Positions 52,586 through 62,161 of a DNA stretch of 64,000 nt are shown one piece after another. The notes below the pieces were generated by a model. That model ran no database searches. It worked only from the letters and a program-made list of their open reading frames with translations, and was not told where the DNA came from. Every line of letters starts with the position of its first letter. Position 1 is the first letter of the stretch. The position numbers were made by a program, and so were the translations under genes. The stretch lies in assembly GCF_001677475.2 (NCBI RefSeq), contig NZ_CP015229.1. The stretch is one strand, 5' to 3'. Source of the DNA: Escherichia coli. Lineage in GTDB: Bacteria; Pseudomonadota; Gammaproteobacteria; Enterobacterales; Enterobacteriaceae.

Positions 52586-54295
52586 TTATTTCAGCGGCGA
52601 GTTTTTACGCTCAATGCTGTAACGCTCGAGTTCTTTGTACGGCACCACTTTGCTCTTCTTCTTACGCACATCGACCACGGTCATGCGGTCGGTACAGGAA
52701 TAGCAAGGGTCGAGGCTACCGATAATCAGCGGCGCATCAGAAACGGTGTTGCCGCGCAGCATGTAGCGCAGGGTCGGCCAGTTCGCATAGGTCGCGGCAC
52801 GGCAGCGCCAGCGGTACAGCTTCTGGTTGTCACCGGTCATGCTCCAGTGGATATCATCGCCACGCGGCGCTTCGGCAAAGCCCAACGCAAAACGGTGTGG
52901 AATGTAGGTGAATCCTTCCACCGCCAGCGGACCGCCTGGCAGGTTGTCCAGTCCGTAGTCGATCATATTGAGCGAGGTAAAGACTTCGTTGATACGCACT
53001 TTCAGACGCGAAATAACGTCGCAGCCCTGCTCGCTGTGAACTTCCATCGGCAGCAGGCCATAACCGACAAACGGGTGATCAGCACGGGTATCACGAGCGT
53101 GGCCGCTGGCGCGGACCATCGGGCCAACGTTACTGAAATCGCGGGCAATTTCCGGGTCCAGACGACCAATGCCGTCAGTGCGTTGTTCCATGTTCGGTGT
53201 GCTCAGCAGCACGTCCACCAGCTCCTGCACTTCACGACGCATCTGTTGCGCCAGCTGGCGGGTCTGGATCATGTCATCTTTCAGCAGATCGCGACGAATC
53301 CCGCCGATCAGGTTCAGGCCGTAGGTTTTACGCGCACCGGTAAGGATCTCCGCCATTTTCATGGAGGTTTCACGCACGCGGAAGAACTGCATAAAGCCGG
53401 AGTCGAAGCCGGTAAAGTGGCAGGCGAGGCCGAGGTTGAGCAGATGCGAGTGCAGGCGTTCCACTTCCAGCAGAATAGCGCGGATCATCTGCGCACGTTC
53501 CGGCACCACGATGCCCATCGCATTCTCAACGGAGGTGGTGTACGCCGTGCTGTGGGCGAAGCCGCAGATGCCGCAAACACGGTCAGAGAGGAAGGTCACT
53601 TCGTTGTAACCCATGCGGGTCTCCGCCAGTTTTTCCATGCCGCGATGGACGTAGAACAGGCGGTAGTCGGCGTCGATAATGTTTTCGCCATCGACGAACA
53701 GACGGAAGTGACCCGGTTCGTCGGAAGTGACGTGCAGCGGACCAATCGGCACGACGTTGTTTTTCTTGTCGCCCAGTTCGTTGATGAACTCGTAGGTTTC
53801 AGCATCAGTAGTCGGTGCCGGACGCTGACGATAATCCATGCTGTCTTTACGCAGCGGATAAAGTTCATCCGGCCAGTCATCCGGCAGCACCAGACGACGT
53901 TCATCCGGCAAACCAACCGGAATCAAACCGTACATATCGCGCACTTCACGCTCGCCCCACACCGCCGCCGGAACGCGCGGCGTCACGGACGGATATTCCG
54001 GTTTGTTGGCGTCAACTTCGACGCGAACCGTGATCCAGCACTTAGTCCCCTTCTCCATCGACAGCACGTAATAAACGGCGTAATGACCATTCAGTTTGCG
54101 TTCGTCGTTACCAAACAGCACCGACAGCCAGCCACCCTGCTTGTAGTAGAGAAACTCCACCACTTCCGGCAGATAGTTCACCTTTACGGTCACGGTCAGC
54201 TGATCTTTGGTCTGCCAGGCGTGGTCCAGCACGACGCCCGGAAATGCCTCATTCAGCGCGGCGAGATAATGTTGACCTAATTTTTCTTCAGACAT
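52586..54295 (-). CDS. hycE: Hydrogenase 3 [NiFe] large subunit HycE
   Basis: ORF 52586..54316; recognised start MSEEKLGQHYLAALNEAFPG; NiFe ligand cysteines near both termini. Confidence 0.92.
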   Translation of the reverse strand: MSEEKLGQHYLAALNEAFPGVVLDHAWQTKDQLTVTVKVNYLPEVVEFLYYKQGGWLSVLFGNDERKLNGHYAVYYVLSMEKGTKCWITVRVEVDANKPEYPSVTPRVPAAVWGEREVRDMYGLIPVGLPDERRLVLPDDWPDELYPLRKDSMDYRQRPAPTTDAETYEFINELGDKKNNVVPIGPLHVTSDEPGHFRLFVDGENIIDADYRLFYVHRGMEKLAETRMGYNEVTFLSDRVCGICGFAHSTAYTTSVENAMGIVVPERAQMIRAILLEVERLHSHLLNLGLACHFTGFDSGFMQFFRVRETSMKMAEILTGARKTYGLNLIGGIRRDLLKDDMIQTRQLAQQMRREVQELVDVLLSTPNMEQRTDGIGRLDPEIARDFSNVGPMVRASGHARDTRADHPFVGYGLLPMEVHSEQGCDVISRLKVRINEVFTSLNMIDYGLDNLPGGPLAVEGFTYIPHRFALGFAEAPRGDDIHWSMTGDNQKLYRWRCRAATYANWPTLRYMLRGNTVSDAPLIIGSLDPCYSCTDRMTVVDVRKKKSKVVPYKELERYSIERKNSPLK

Positions 54296-54312
54296 GCTCA
54301 AACTCTCTTTAA

Positions 54313-55236
54313 TCACGCCGCCAGCAAGGAGACGAACGCTAAAAATGCAAAGCCAAACCCAGCCCAGGTAATGCGCGGAGTAATATCAAGACGCAGACGG
54401 GCCATGCTGTTTTCGAACAGCGCGATAACCAGTACGCCGACTACCAGTTTGACGATGGCAATCACCAGCGCCAGCAGCAGTCCACCAGCGGTGAAGGTTT
54501 CCATTTGTCCCCACGGAATAAACACCCCGACGAACATCTGCAACACCACCAGCTGTTTCAGGCTGATACCCCATTTCATGACGCCAAAGCCGCTACCGCT
54601 GTATTCGGAGAGGGGACCTTCCTGCAACTCCTGCTCGGCTTCCGCCAGGTCGAATGGCAGTTTGCCCATTTCGATAAAAGTGGCGAACGCACAGGCACAA
54701 AGCGCCAGCACCAGCGGAATGCTCTGGCTCAGCGGCCAGTGATAAACGGTGTCGGTGATGTTGCTGATGTTGGTGGAACCGGCAACCTGTGCGGCAACCC
54801 ACAGACCAAGCAGCAGCATCGGTTCGACCAGCACGCCAAGCATCGCTTCACGGCTCGCGCCGATAGCGGTAAACGGGCTACCGGTATCCAGACCGGAAAT
54901 GGCAAAGAAGAAACGCGCGATGGCAAAGAGATACAGTAAGGTGATCAAATCGCCCAGCTGCGGCAGCGGAGAACCAACGGTCACCACCGGCAGCGCAGTA
55001 GCGATAGTCAGCATGACGCCCACCATCACATACGGCGTCAGGCGGAACACCCAGCCGGAGGCATCCGGGCCAACGCTCTGGCGACCCAGCAGTTTGATAA
55101 TGTCGCGATACTCCTGCAACACGCCCGGCCCGCGACGGTTATGCAAGCGGGCGCGCGCCACGCGGGTTATACCGGAGAGCAGCGGCGCAACGGCAAATAA
55201 CACCAGCGCCTGAATTAACGGATATAAAACACTCAT
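54313..55236 (-). CDS. hycD: Formate hydrogenlyase membrane subunit HycD
   Basis: 307-aa hydrophobic ORF; synteny. Confidence 0.9.
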   Translation of the reverse strand: MSVLYPLIQALVLFAVAPLLSGITRVARARLHNRRGPGVLQEYRDIIKLLGRQSVGPDASGWVFRLTPYVMVGVMLTIATALPVVTVGSPLPQLGDLITLLYLFAIARFFFAISGLDTGSPFTAIGASREAMLGVLVEPMLLLGLWVAAQVAGSTNISNITDTVYHWPLSQSIPLVLALCACAFATFIEMGKLPFDLAEAEQELQEGPLSEYSGSGFGVMKWGISLKQLVVLQMFVGVFIPWGQMETFTAGGLLLALVIAIVKLVVGVLVIALFENSMARLRLDITPRITWAGFGFAFLAFVSLLAA

Positions 55237-55238
55237 TC

Positions 55239-57065
55239 TCAGGCTCCTCGTGAAACAATAATCACCACCAGTACCGCCAGTTCAACCAGCGCCATCCGGC
55301 GGAACAGCAACGCACTCCCCTCGCACTGCCAGCCCGGTACCAGCGACACCGGATTCAGCCATTTGCGCAGTTTCAGCACCGGCGCAAACGCCTGTTTCAC
55401 CGGCATGGCAAAACCGTGAGCAGTAATCACCATTGATTTTTCATGGTCGTAGCCGCACACCCAGGCCGCGCCGCGGGAACGCGACGGCAAACGATCGCCT
55501 TTGCAAATCGCCATAATGATGAATGGCAGCAGCGGGCAGGCAATCAGCAGCAACGTGATCATGGGTTGAGAAACGGTGGTGTTAGCAGGCTCCAGCGGCA
55601 GAGGTACAGCAGCAGAGAGCATCGGCAGCAGCCACGGCGCAGCAACACCGCCAATTACGCAGCAAATCGCCAGTGCCACAACGCTTACGCTCATCAGGAG
55701 CGGCGCACTGGTGGCGTTTTCGGCTTCTTTGGTACGCGGCGCGCCGAGGAACGTGACGCCATAGACTTTCGCCATACACATCACTGCCAGCGCACCGGTA
55801 ATTGCCAGCCCCACAGCGAGCAGCGGCCCCAGCAGACGGGCAACAAACGCGCCACTATTGCTCAGTTTGAAGAAGGATTGATAGATAACCCATTCACCGG
55901 CAAAACCGTTCAACGGCGGCAGCGCAGCCATTGCCATCAGCCCGACTAACATAGCGATGGAGATAACCGGCATTTTCTTGCCAATACCACCGAGTTTTTC
56001 GATATCGCGATGACCGGTACGGAACCAGACGCTCCCCGCCCCGAGGAACAGTACGCTTTTGAACAGGCTATGGTTAAGCAGATGGTACAGGCCACCGACC
56101 AGGCCAAGAGCAATCAGCGCCGGTTGTTCGAGCGCGATACCCGTTACGCCAGCCCCCAGCCCCAGCAGGATGATGCCGATATTTTCCAGTGTGTGGTAAG
56201 CCAGCAGACGCTGGATGTTGTGCTCCATCAGCGCATACAAACCACCGACGAACGCGGTGATCATGCCGAGCACCAGCAGCGCAATTCCCCACCACAGCGG
56301 CGCGTTACCGCCCAGCAGAGACAGGGTTAAAATGCCCAGCAGGCCGATTTTCATTACCACCGTGGAAAACAGCGCGGCAGCTGGCGCAGAGGCGTTAGCA
56401 TGTGCCTGCGGCACCCAGCCGTGCAGCGGAATAATCCCGGCCAGCAGGCCAAAGCCAATCACACCGAGCAGCCAGATATCGGAACCGAGCGGCAGCTGTT
56501 GCATACGCATATCCAGCAGGCGCAGATCCAGCGTGCCGTAACGCTGCCACAGCAGCCAGCAAGCAATCGCCAGCAGCAGAGTGCCAAGACGCCCCAGCGC
56601 AAACCACAGTTTGCCCTCTTTGCTGTTGCTGGTGAGGAACACCGCACACAAGGCCATGACTTCGGCCATTACCACGAACATGCCGAGGTTGCTGGCAATG
56701 ACGGCGCAGACGGCGGCAGCCATCAACATATTGATCTGCAAGCCGTTGCACTTCACCTGCGCGTGGCGATGCCAGTCAATGTTGTAGAGGCTGACAAACA
56801 GACCGCACAGACCGAGCGTAATCAGCCAAATCGCGTTAAGCGGAGAAATTTGCACATCGTAGCTTACCAGCGACAGCGCACCGCTCACGCCAACCGCGCC
56901 AGTCAGCACAGTAAAGCCCGCGGCTGCCGTATACAGGCTACCCACCGCGCCGCCAATTCCGGCTATCCAGCCGCTTAGCGCCTTTTGAAAAGAAAAGAGA
57001 AATGCCAGAACAGCGGCGGCGGCAAACCACGCCACGCCGCTATTGATCAGGGAAATTGCGCTCAT
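55239..57065 (-). CDS. hycC: Formate hydrogenlyase membrane subunit HycC (antiporter-like)
   Basis: 608-aa hydrophobic ORF; synteny. Confidence 0.9.
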   Translation of the reverse strand: MSAISLINSGVAWFAAAAVLAFLFSFQKALSGWIAGIGGAVGSLYTAAAGFTVLTGAVGVSGALSLVSYDVQISPLNAIWLITLGLCGLFVSLYNIDWHRHAQVKCNGLQINMLMAAAVCAVIASNLGMFVVMAEVMALCAVFLTSNSKEGKLWFALGRLGTLLLAIACWLLWQRYGTLDLRLLDMRMQQLPLGSDIWLLGVIGFGLLAGIIPLHGWVPQAHANASAPAAALFSTVVMKIGLLGILTLSLLGGNAPLWWGIALLVLGMITAFVGGLYALMEHNIQRLLAYHTLENIGIILLGLGAGVTGIALEQPALIALGLVGGLYHLLNHSLFKSVLFLGAGSVWFRTGHRDIEKLGGIGKKMPVISIAMLVGLMAMAALPPLNGFAGEWVIYQSFFKLSNSGAFVARLLGPLLAVGLAITGALAVMCMAKVYGVTFLGAPRTKEAENATSAPLLMSVSVVALAICCVIGGVAAPWLLPMLSAAVPLPLEPANTTVSQPMITLLLIACPLLPFIIMAICKGDRLPSRSRGAAWVCGYDHEKSMVITAHGFAMPVKQAFAPVLKLRKWLNPVSLVPGWQCEGSALLFRRMALVELAVLVVIIVSRGA

Positions 57066-57673
57066 TTAGCCTCTCCACTTTGAGCCTGCTGAAACAAGGT
57101 GAGATCGCCAAAGTCCGTGTTAAAGGTCAGCTCACGCTTACGTTTGCTGACGCGGGCGATATCGGTGTTATCCACCAGATGCAGGGCTTTAGTCGGGCAC
57201 ATCCGCACGCAGGCCGGACCTTGTTCATCAAAACTACAAAGGTCACATTTGACGGCGATCGCGCGAATACCTGGCACCCAGTCAAGCAGCGTACTGATAC
57301 GCGCCGGAGCAGGCGGTGCCGGTGGCGCTTTCGGGGTATTGGCATTTGCAGGAATATCCAGCGGACGGCTGCCGGAAAATTCAATTGCGCCAAACGGGCA
57401 GGCGATGCCGCACAGTTTGCAGCTTACGCACAGGCTTTCATTCAACTGCACGGCCCCATTAACGCGGGTGATGGCGTTAACCGGGCAGACCACCGCGCAG
57501 GGTGCATCTTCACAATGGTGACAGAGCTGCGGTGCAGATTCTTTTTCATTTAGCATCACTCTCAGGCGCGGCATTGATTGCAGGCCGTGCTGGCGATGCG
57601 TCTCTGAACAGGCAGCCTCACAAGTGTGGCAGCCGATACAGAGCGTGGAGTCAGCAATTACAAAACGATTCAC
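57062..57673 (-). CDS. hycB: Formate hydrogenlyase Fe-S subunit HycB
   Basis: 203-aa ORF with multiple 4Fe-4S cysteine clusters. Confidence 0.9.
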   Translation of the reverse strand: MNRFVIADSTLCIGCHTCEAACSETHRQHGLQSMPRLRVMLNEKESAPQLCHHCEDAPCAVVCPVNAITRVNGAVQLNESLCVSCKLCGIACPFGAIEFSGSRPLDIPANANTPKAPPAPPAPARISTLLDWVPGIRAIAVKCDLCSFDEQGPACVRMCPTKALHLVDNTDIARVSKRKRELTFNTDFGDLTLFQQAQSGEAK

Positions 57674-57797
57674 CAGGCATTCCTCAGGTGATTGTCATTT
57701 TTGACGAAAACATGCCGATGAAATGTCATTTTCGACACTCATCGACACGCCCATCCCCAAACAGGCGTAACGCCTGCAAAACGGGCAAAGCCTCAGC

Positions 57798-58259
57798 TCA
57801 TGCTGCCGGGCTTTGTCCCTTTACCAGTTGGCTTAAATTCACCGGCACATTGTTTTCAATGGCGGTATATAAGCTGTCGTAAACGCCAGCGATTTTTTCG
57901 AGATAGTGTTCCAGAACCTGTTCGCGATCGCGGATGTTGACCTTGCCATCAATCATGCCGTCAATGCTCAGTTGCGCCTGCGCAATCCGCTGTTTGTCTT
58001 CGCCATCTTTTGTTTCGACGTAATACTCGATGGTGTGGCTGTTAAAGCCATCCGCCAGGGTGACGTAAATGCGAAAATGTTCAAAAAGGACGAAACAGAG
58101 TTCTTTGTCCGGCGCGCAGCTCATGGCGTGATGCAGGCGCGCTTTCGATAACGTGATCCCCTGAACCAGCGAATTGCAGTAGATGTGCCACTGGTCCTGT
58201 AGGCGACGATGCCGCTGTGCGATGTAATCGGCTTTCTCGCTTATTTCCCAAATAGTCAT
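57798..58259 (-). CDS. hycA: Formate hydrogenlyase regulatory protein HycA
   Basis: 153-aa ORF; first gene of the hyc operon, divergent from hypA. Confidence 0.9.
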   Translation of the reverse strand: MTIWEISEKADYIAQRHRRLQDQWHIYCNSLVQGITLSKARLHHAMSCAPDKELCFVLFEHFRIYVTLADGFNSHTIEYYVETKDGEDKQRIAQAQLSIDGMIDGKVNIRDREQVLEHYLEKIAGVYDSLYTAIENNVPVNLSQLVKGQSPAA

Positions 58260-58296
58260 TGTCAGGTTACCCGTTTAACAGAGATGCCAGTTTTAA

Positions 58297-58311
58297 GCAT
58301 TTTCTGTGCCA
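58297..58311 (-). promoter_or_regulatory. Candidate sigma54 promoter of the hyc operon
   Basis: Minus strand reads tggcacagaaaatgc (GG/GC elements with standard spacing), about 40 bp upstream of hycA. Confidence 0.5.
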
Positions 58312-58424
58312 ACTTTTAATTTATTGTTATTAAAGCGATTTTTAAGCTAAAGATGAATTTCGTCGCCGTGTCGACGTGTCATTTCGACATCATCGACATT
58401 ATTCACCGCAGGGATAATCAACAC

Positions 58425-58440
58425 TGGCACAATTATTGCT
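58425..58440 (+). promoter_or_regulatory. Candidate sigma54 promoter of the hyp operon
   Basis: tggcacaattattgct fits TGGCAC-N5-TTGC, about 30 bp upstream of hypA. Confidence 0.6.
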
Positions 58441-58470
58441 TGTAGCTGGCAATAGTTAATGGGAGGCGAT

Positions 58471-58821
58471 ATGCACGAAATAACCCTCTGCCAACGGGCA
58501 CTGGAATTGATCGAACAGCAGGCCGCAAAACACGGCGCAAAACGCGTAACTGGGGTCTGGCTCAAAATTGGCGCATTTTCTTGTGTCGAAACCAGCTCTC
58601 TTGCCTTTTGTTTTGATCTGGTTTGCCGCGGCAGCCTGGCGGAAGGTTGTAAACTGCACCTCGAAGAACAAGAGGCCGAATGCTGGTGTGAAACATGCCA
58701 ACAGTATGTGACGCTACTAACCCAGCGCGTCCGCCGCTGTCCACAGTGTCATGGTGACATGCTACAGATTGTGGCAGACGACGGTTTACAGATTCGGCGG
58801 ATAGAAATAGACCAGGAGTGA
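58471..58821 (+). CDS. hypA: Hydrogenase nickel incorporation protein HypA
   Basis: ORF 58459..58821; recognised start MHEITLCQRALELIE; zinc CxxC pairs. Confidence 0.92.
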   Translation: MHEITLCQRALELIEQQAAKHGAKRVTGVWLKIGAFSCVETSSLAFCFDLVCRGSLAEGCKLHLEEQEAECWCETCQQYVTLLTQRVRRCPQCHGDMLQIVADDGLQIRRIEIDQE

Positions 58822-58824
58822 GCG

Positions 58825-59697
58825 ATGTGTACAACATGCGGTTGCGGTGAAGGCAACCTGTATATCGAGGGTGATGAACATAACCCTCATTCCGCGTTTC
58901 GTAGCGCGCCATTTGCCCCGGCGGCACGCCCGAAGATGAAAATCACCGGCATTAAAGCGCCTGAATTTACCCCCAGCCAGACTGATGAAGGCGACCTGCA
59001 TTACGGTCATGGCGAAGCGGGCACACACGCGCCGGGCATGAGCCAGCGTCGAATGCTGGAAGTTGAAATTGACGTGCTGGACAAAAACAACCGTCTGGCT
59101 GAACGCAACCGCGCGCGCTTTGCTGCCCGCAAGCAACTGGTGCTCAACCTGGTTTCCAGCCCTGGTTCCGGTAAAACCACCCTGCTGACGGAAACCTTAA
59201 TGCGCCTGAAAGACAGCGTTCCGTGCGCAGTTATTGAAGGCGACCAGCAAACCGTGAACGATGCCGCACGCATTCGCGCTACCGGCACACCAGCGATTCA
59301 GGTGAACACCGGTAAAGGCTGCCATCTTGACGCACAGATGATTGCCGACGCCGCACCGCGTCTGCCGCTGGACGATAACGGTATTCTGTTTATAGAAAAC
59401 GTTGGCAACCTCGTATGCCCGGCCAGCTTCGATCTCGGTGAAAAACACAAAGTGGCGGTGCTTTCCGTTACCGAAGGTGAAGACAAACCGCTGAAATATC
59501 CGCATATGTTTGCCGCCGCCTCGCTGATGCTGCTCAACAAAGTTGACCTGCTGCCGTATCTCAACTTTGACGTTGAGAAGTGCATCGCCTGCGCCCGCGA
59601 AGTCAATCCAGAAATTGAAATCATCCTTATTTCCGCCACCAGCGGCGAAGGGATGGACCAGTGGCTGAACTGGCTGGAGACACAGCGATGTGCATAG
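58825..59697 (+). CDS. hypB: Hydrogenase nickel incorporation GTPase HypB
   Basis: 290-aa ORF; N-terminal [10 protein letters not shown] metal site; P-loop GSPGSGKTT. Confidence 0.92.
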   Translation: MCTTCGCGEGNLYIEGDEHNPHSAFRSAPFAPAARPKMKITGIKAPEFTPSQTDEGDLHYGHGEAGTHAPGMSQRRMLEVEIDVLDKNNRLAERNRARFAARKQLVLNLVSSPGSGKTTLLTETLMRLKDSVPCAVIEGDQQTVNDAARIRATGTPAIQVNTGKGCHLDAQMIADAAPRLPLDDNGILFIENVGNLVCPASFDLGEKHKVAVLSVTEGEDKPLKYPHMFAAASLMLLNKVDLLPYLNFDVEKCIACAREVNPEIEIILISATSGEGMDQWLNWLETQRCA

Positions 59698-59960
59698 GCG
59701 TTCCCGGCCAGATCCGCACCATTGACGGTAACCAGGCTAAAGTCGACGTCTGCGGCATTCAGCGCGATGTCGATTTAACGTTAGTCGGCAGCTGCGATGA
59801 AAACGGTCAGCCGCGCGTGGGCCAGTGGGTACTGGTTCACGTTGGCTTTGCCATGAGCGTAATTAATGAAGCCGAAGCACGCGACACTCTCGACGCCTTA
59901 CAAAACATGTTTGACGTTGAGCCGGATGTCGGCGCGCTGTTGTATGGCGAGGAAAAATAA
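59688..59960 (+). CDS. hypC: Hydrogenase maturation chaperone HypC
   Basis: ORF 59661..59960; recognised start [15 protein letters not shown] at internal Met, overlapping the hypB 3' end. Confidence 0.9.
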   Translation: MCIGVPGQIRTIDGNQAKVDVCGIQRDVDLTLVGSCDENGQPRVGQWVLVHVGFAMSVINEAEARDTLDALQNMFDVEPDVGALLYGEEK

Positions 59961-61081
59961 TGCGTTTTGTTGATGAATATCGCGCGCCGGAACAGGTGAT
60001 GCAGTTAATTGAGCATCTGCGCGAACGTGCTTCACATCTCTCTTACACCGCCGAACGCCCTCTGCGGATTATGGAAGTGTGTGGCGGTCATACCCACGCC
60101 ATTTTTAAATTCGGCCTCGACCAGTTACTGCCGGAAAACGTTGAGTTTATCCACGGTCCGGGTTGCCCGGTGTGCGTACTGCCAATGGGTAGAATCGACA
60201 CCTGCGTGGAGATTGCCAGCCATCCGGAAGTCATCTTCTGTACCTTTGGCGATGCCATGCGCGTACCAGGGAAACAGGGTTCGCTGTTGCAGGCAAAAGC
60301 ACGCGGTGCCGATGTGCGCATCGTTTACTCGCCAATGGATGCGTTGAAACTGGCGCAGGAGAATCCAACCCGTAAAGTGGTATTCTTCGGCTTAGGTTTT
60401 GAAACCACCATGCCGACCACCGCCATCACGTTGCAACAGGCAAAAGCCCGCGATGTGCAGAATTTTTACTTCTTCTGCCAGCACATTACGCTCATCCCAA
60501 CACTGCGCAGTTTGCTGGAACAGCCGGATAACGGTATCGACGCGTTCCTCGCGCCGGGCCACGTTAGTATGGTTATCGGCACAGATGCCTATAATTTTAT
60601 CGCCAGCGATTTTAATCGTCCGCTGGTGGTCGCTGGTTTCGAACCACTTGATCTACTACAAGGCGTGGTGATGCTGGTAGAGCAGAAAATAGCGGCCCAC
60701 AGCAAAGTAGAGAATCAGTACCGTAGGGTGGTGCCTGACGCAGGTAACCTGCTGGCGCAACAGGCGATAGCCGACGTGTTCTGTGTTAACGGCGATAGCG
60801 AATGGCGTGGCCTTGGGGTGATCGAATCTTCTGGCGTGCATCTGACGCCGGATTATCAACGATTCGATGCCGAAGCACATTTCCGCCCGGCACCGCAGCA
60901 GGTCTGCGATGACCCGCGTGCGCGTTGTGGCGAAGTATTAACGGGCAAATGTAAGCCGCATCAATGCCCGCTATTTGGTAACACCTGTAATCCTCAAACC
61001 GCGTTTGGTGCACTGATGGTCTCCTCCGAAGGAGCGTGCGCTGCGTGGTATCAGTATCGTCAGCAGGAGAGTGAAGCGTGA
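59960..61081 (+). CDS. hypD: Hydrogenase maturation factor HypD
   Basis: 373-aa ORF; conserved CGGHTH and GPGCPVC motifs. Confidence 0.92.
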   Translation: MRFVDEYRAPEQVMQLIEHLRERASHLSYTAERPLRIMEVCGGHTHAIFKFGLDQLLPENVEFIHGPGCPVCVLPMGRIDTCVEIASHPEVIFCTFGDAMRVPGKQGSLLQAKARGADVRIVYSPMDALKLAQENPTRKVVFFGLGFETTMPTTAITLQQAKARDVQNFYFFCQHITLIPTLRSLLEQPDNGIDAFLAPGHVSMVIGTDAYNFIASDFNRPLVVAGFEPLDLLQGVVMLVEQKIAAHSKVENQYRRVVPDAGNLLAQQAIADVFCVNGDSEWRGLGVIESSGVHLTPDYQRFDAEAHFRPAPQQVCDDPRARCGEVLTGKCKPHQCPLFGNTCNPQTAFGALMVSSEGACAAWYQYRQQESEA

Positions 61082-62088
61082 ATAATATCCAACTCGCCCA
61101 CGGCAGCGGCGGCCAGGCGATGCAGCAATTAATCAACAGCCTGTTTATGGAAGCCTTTGCCAACCCGTGGCTGGCAGAGCAGGAAGATCAGGCACGTCTT
61201 GATCTGGCGCAGCTGGTAGCGGAAGGCGACCGTCTGGCGTTCTCCACCGACAGTTACGTCATTGACCCGCTGTTTTTCCCTGGCGGCAATATCGGCAAGC
61301 TGGCGATTTGCGGCACCGCGAATGACGTTGCGGTCAGTGGCGCTATTCAGCGCTATCTCTCCTGTGGCTTTATCCTCGAAGAAGGATTGCCGATGGAGAC
61401 ACTGAAAGCCGTAGTGACCAGCATGGCAGAAACCGCCCGCGCGGCAGGTATTGCCATTGTTACTGGCGATACTAAAGTGGTGCAGCGCGGCGCGGCAGAT
61501 AAACTGTTTATCAACACCGCTGGCATGGGCGCAATTCCGGCGAATATTCACTGGGGCGCAAAGACGCTAACCGCAGGCGATGTATTGCTGGTGAGCGGTA
61601 CACTCGGCGACCACGGGGCGACTATACTTAACCTGCGTGAGCAGCTGGGGCTGGATGGCGAACTGGTCAGCGACTGCGCGGTGCTGACGCCGCTTATTCA
61701 GACGCTGCGTGACATTCCCGGCGTGAAAGCGCTGCGTGATGCCACCCGTGGTGGTGTAAACGCGGTGGTTCATGAGTTCGCGGCAGCCTGCGGTTGTGGT
61801 ATTGAAATTTCAGAAGCGGCACTGCCGGTTAAACCTGCCGTGCGCGGCGTTTGCGAACTGCTGGGACTGGACGCTCTGAACTTTGCCAACGAAGGCAAAC
61901 TAGTAATAGCCGTTGAACGCAACGCAGCAGAGCAAGTTTTGGCAGCGTTACATTCCCATCCACTGGGAAAAGACGCGGCGCTGATTGGTGAAGTGGTGGA
62001 ACGTAAAGGTGTTCGTCTTGCTGGTCTGTATGGCGTGAAACGAACCCTCGATTTACCACACGCCGAACCGCTTCCGCGTATATGCTAA
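61078..62088 (+). CDS. hypE: Hydrogenase maturation factor HypE (carbamoyl dehydratase)
   Basis: 336-aa ORF; PurM-like fold; C-terminal PRIC. Confidence 0.9.
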   Translation: MNNIQLAHGSGGQAMQQLINSLFMEAFANPWLAEQEDQARLDLAQLVAEGDRLAFSTDSYVIDPLFFPGGNIGKLAICGTANDVAVSGAIQRYLSCGFILEEGLPMETLKAVVTSMAETARAAGIAIVTGDTKVVQRGAADKLFINTAGMGAIPANIHWGAKTLTAGDVLLVSGTLGDHGATILNLREQLGLDGELVSDCAVLTPLIQTLRDIPGVKALRDATRGGVNAVVHEFAAACGCGIEISEAALPVKPAVRGVCELLGLDALNFANEGKLVIAVERNAAEQVLAALHSHPLGKDAALIGEVVERKGVRLAGLYGVKRTLDLPHAEPLPRIC

Positions 62089-62161
62089 TAAAATTCTAAA
62101 TCTCCTATAGTTAGTCAATGACCTTTTGCACCGCTTTGCGGTGCTTTCCTGGAAGAACAAA

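Noticed and set aside
52847-54280. 477-codon plus-strand ORF
   Set aside because: Antisense to hycE (hydrogenase 3 large subunit); His/Arg/Gln-rich translation with no motifs. Treated as a spurious shadow ORF.
56400-56978. Several 60-190-codon ORFs in both strands within hycC/hycD
   Set aside because: GC-rich membrane-protein genes generate many alternative-frame ORFs; all are embedded in well-supported hyc genes.
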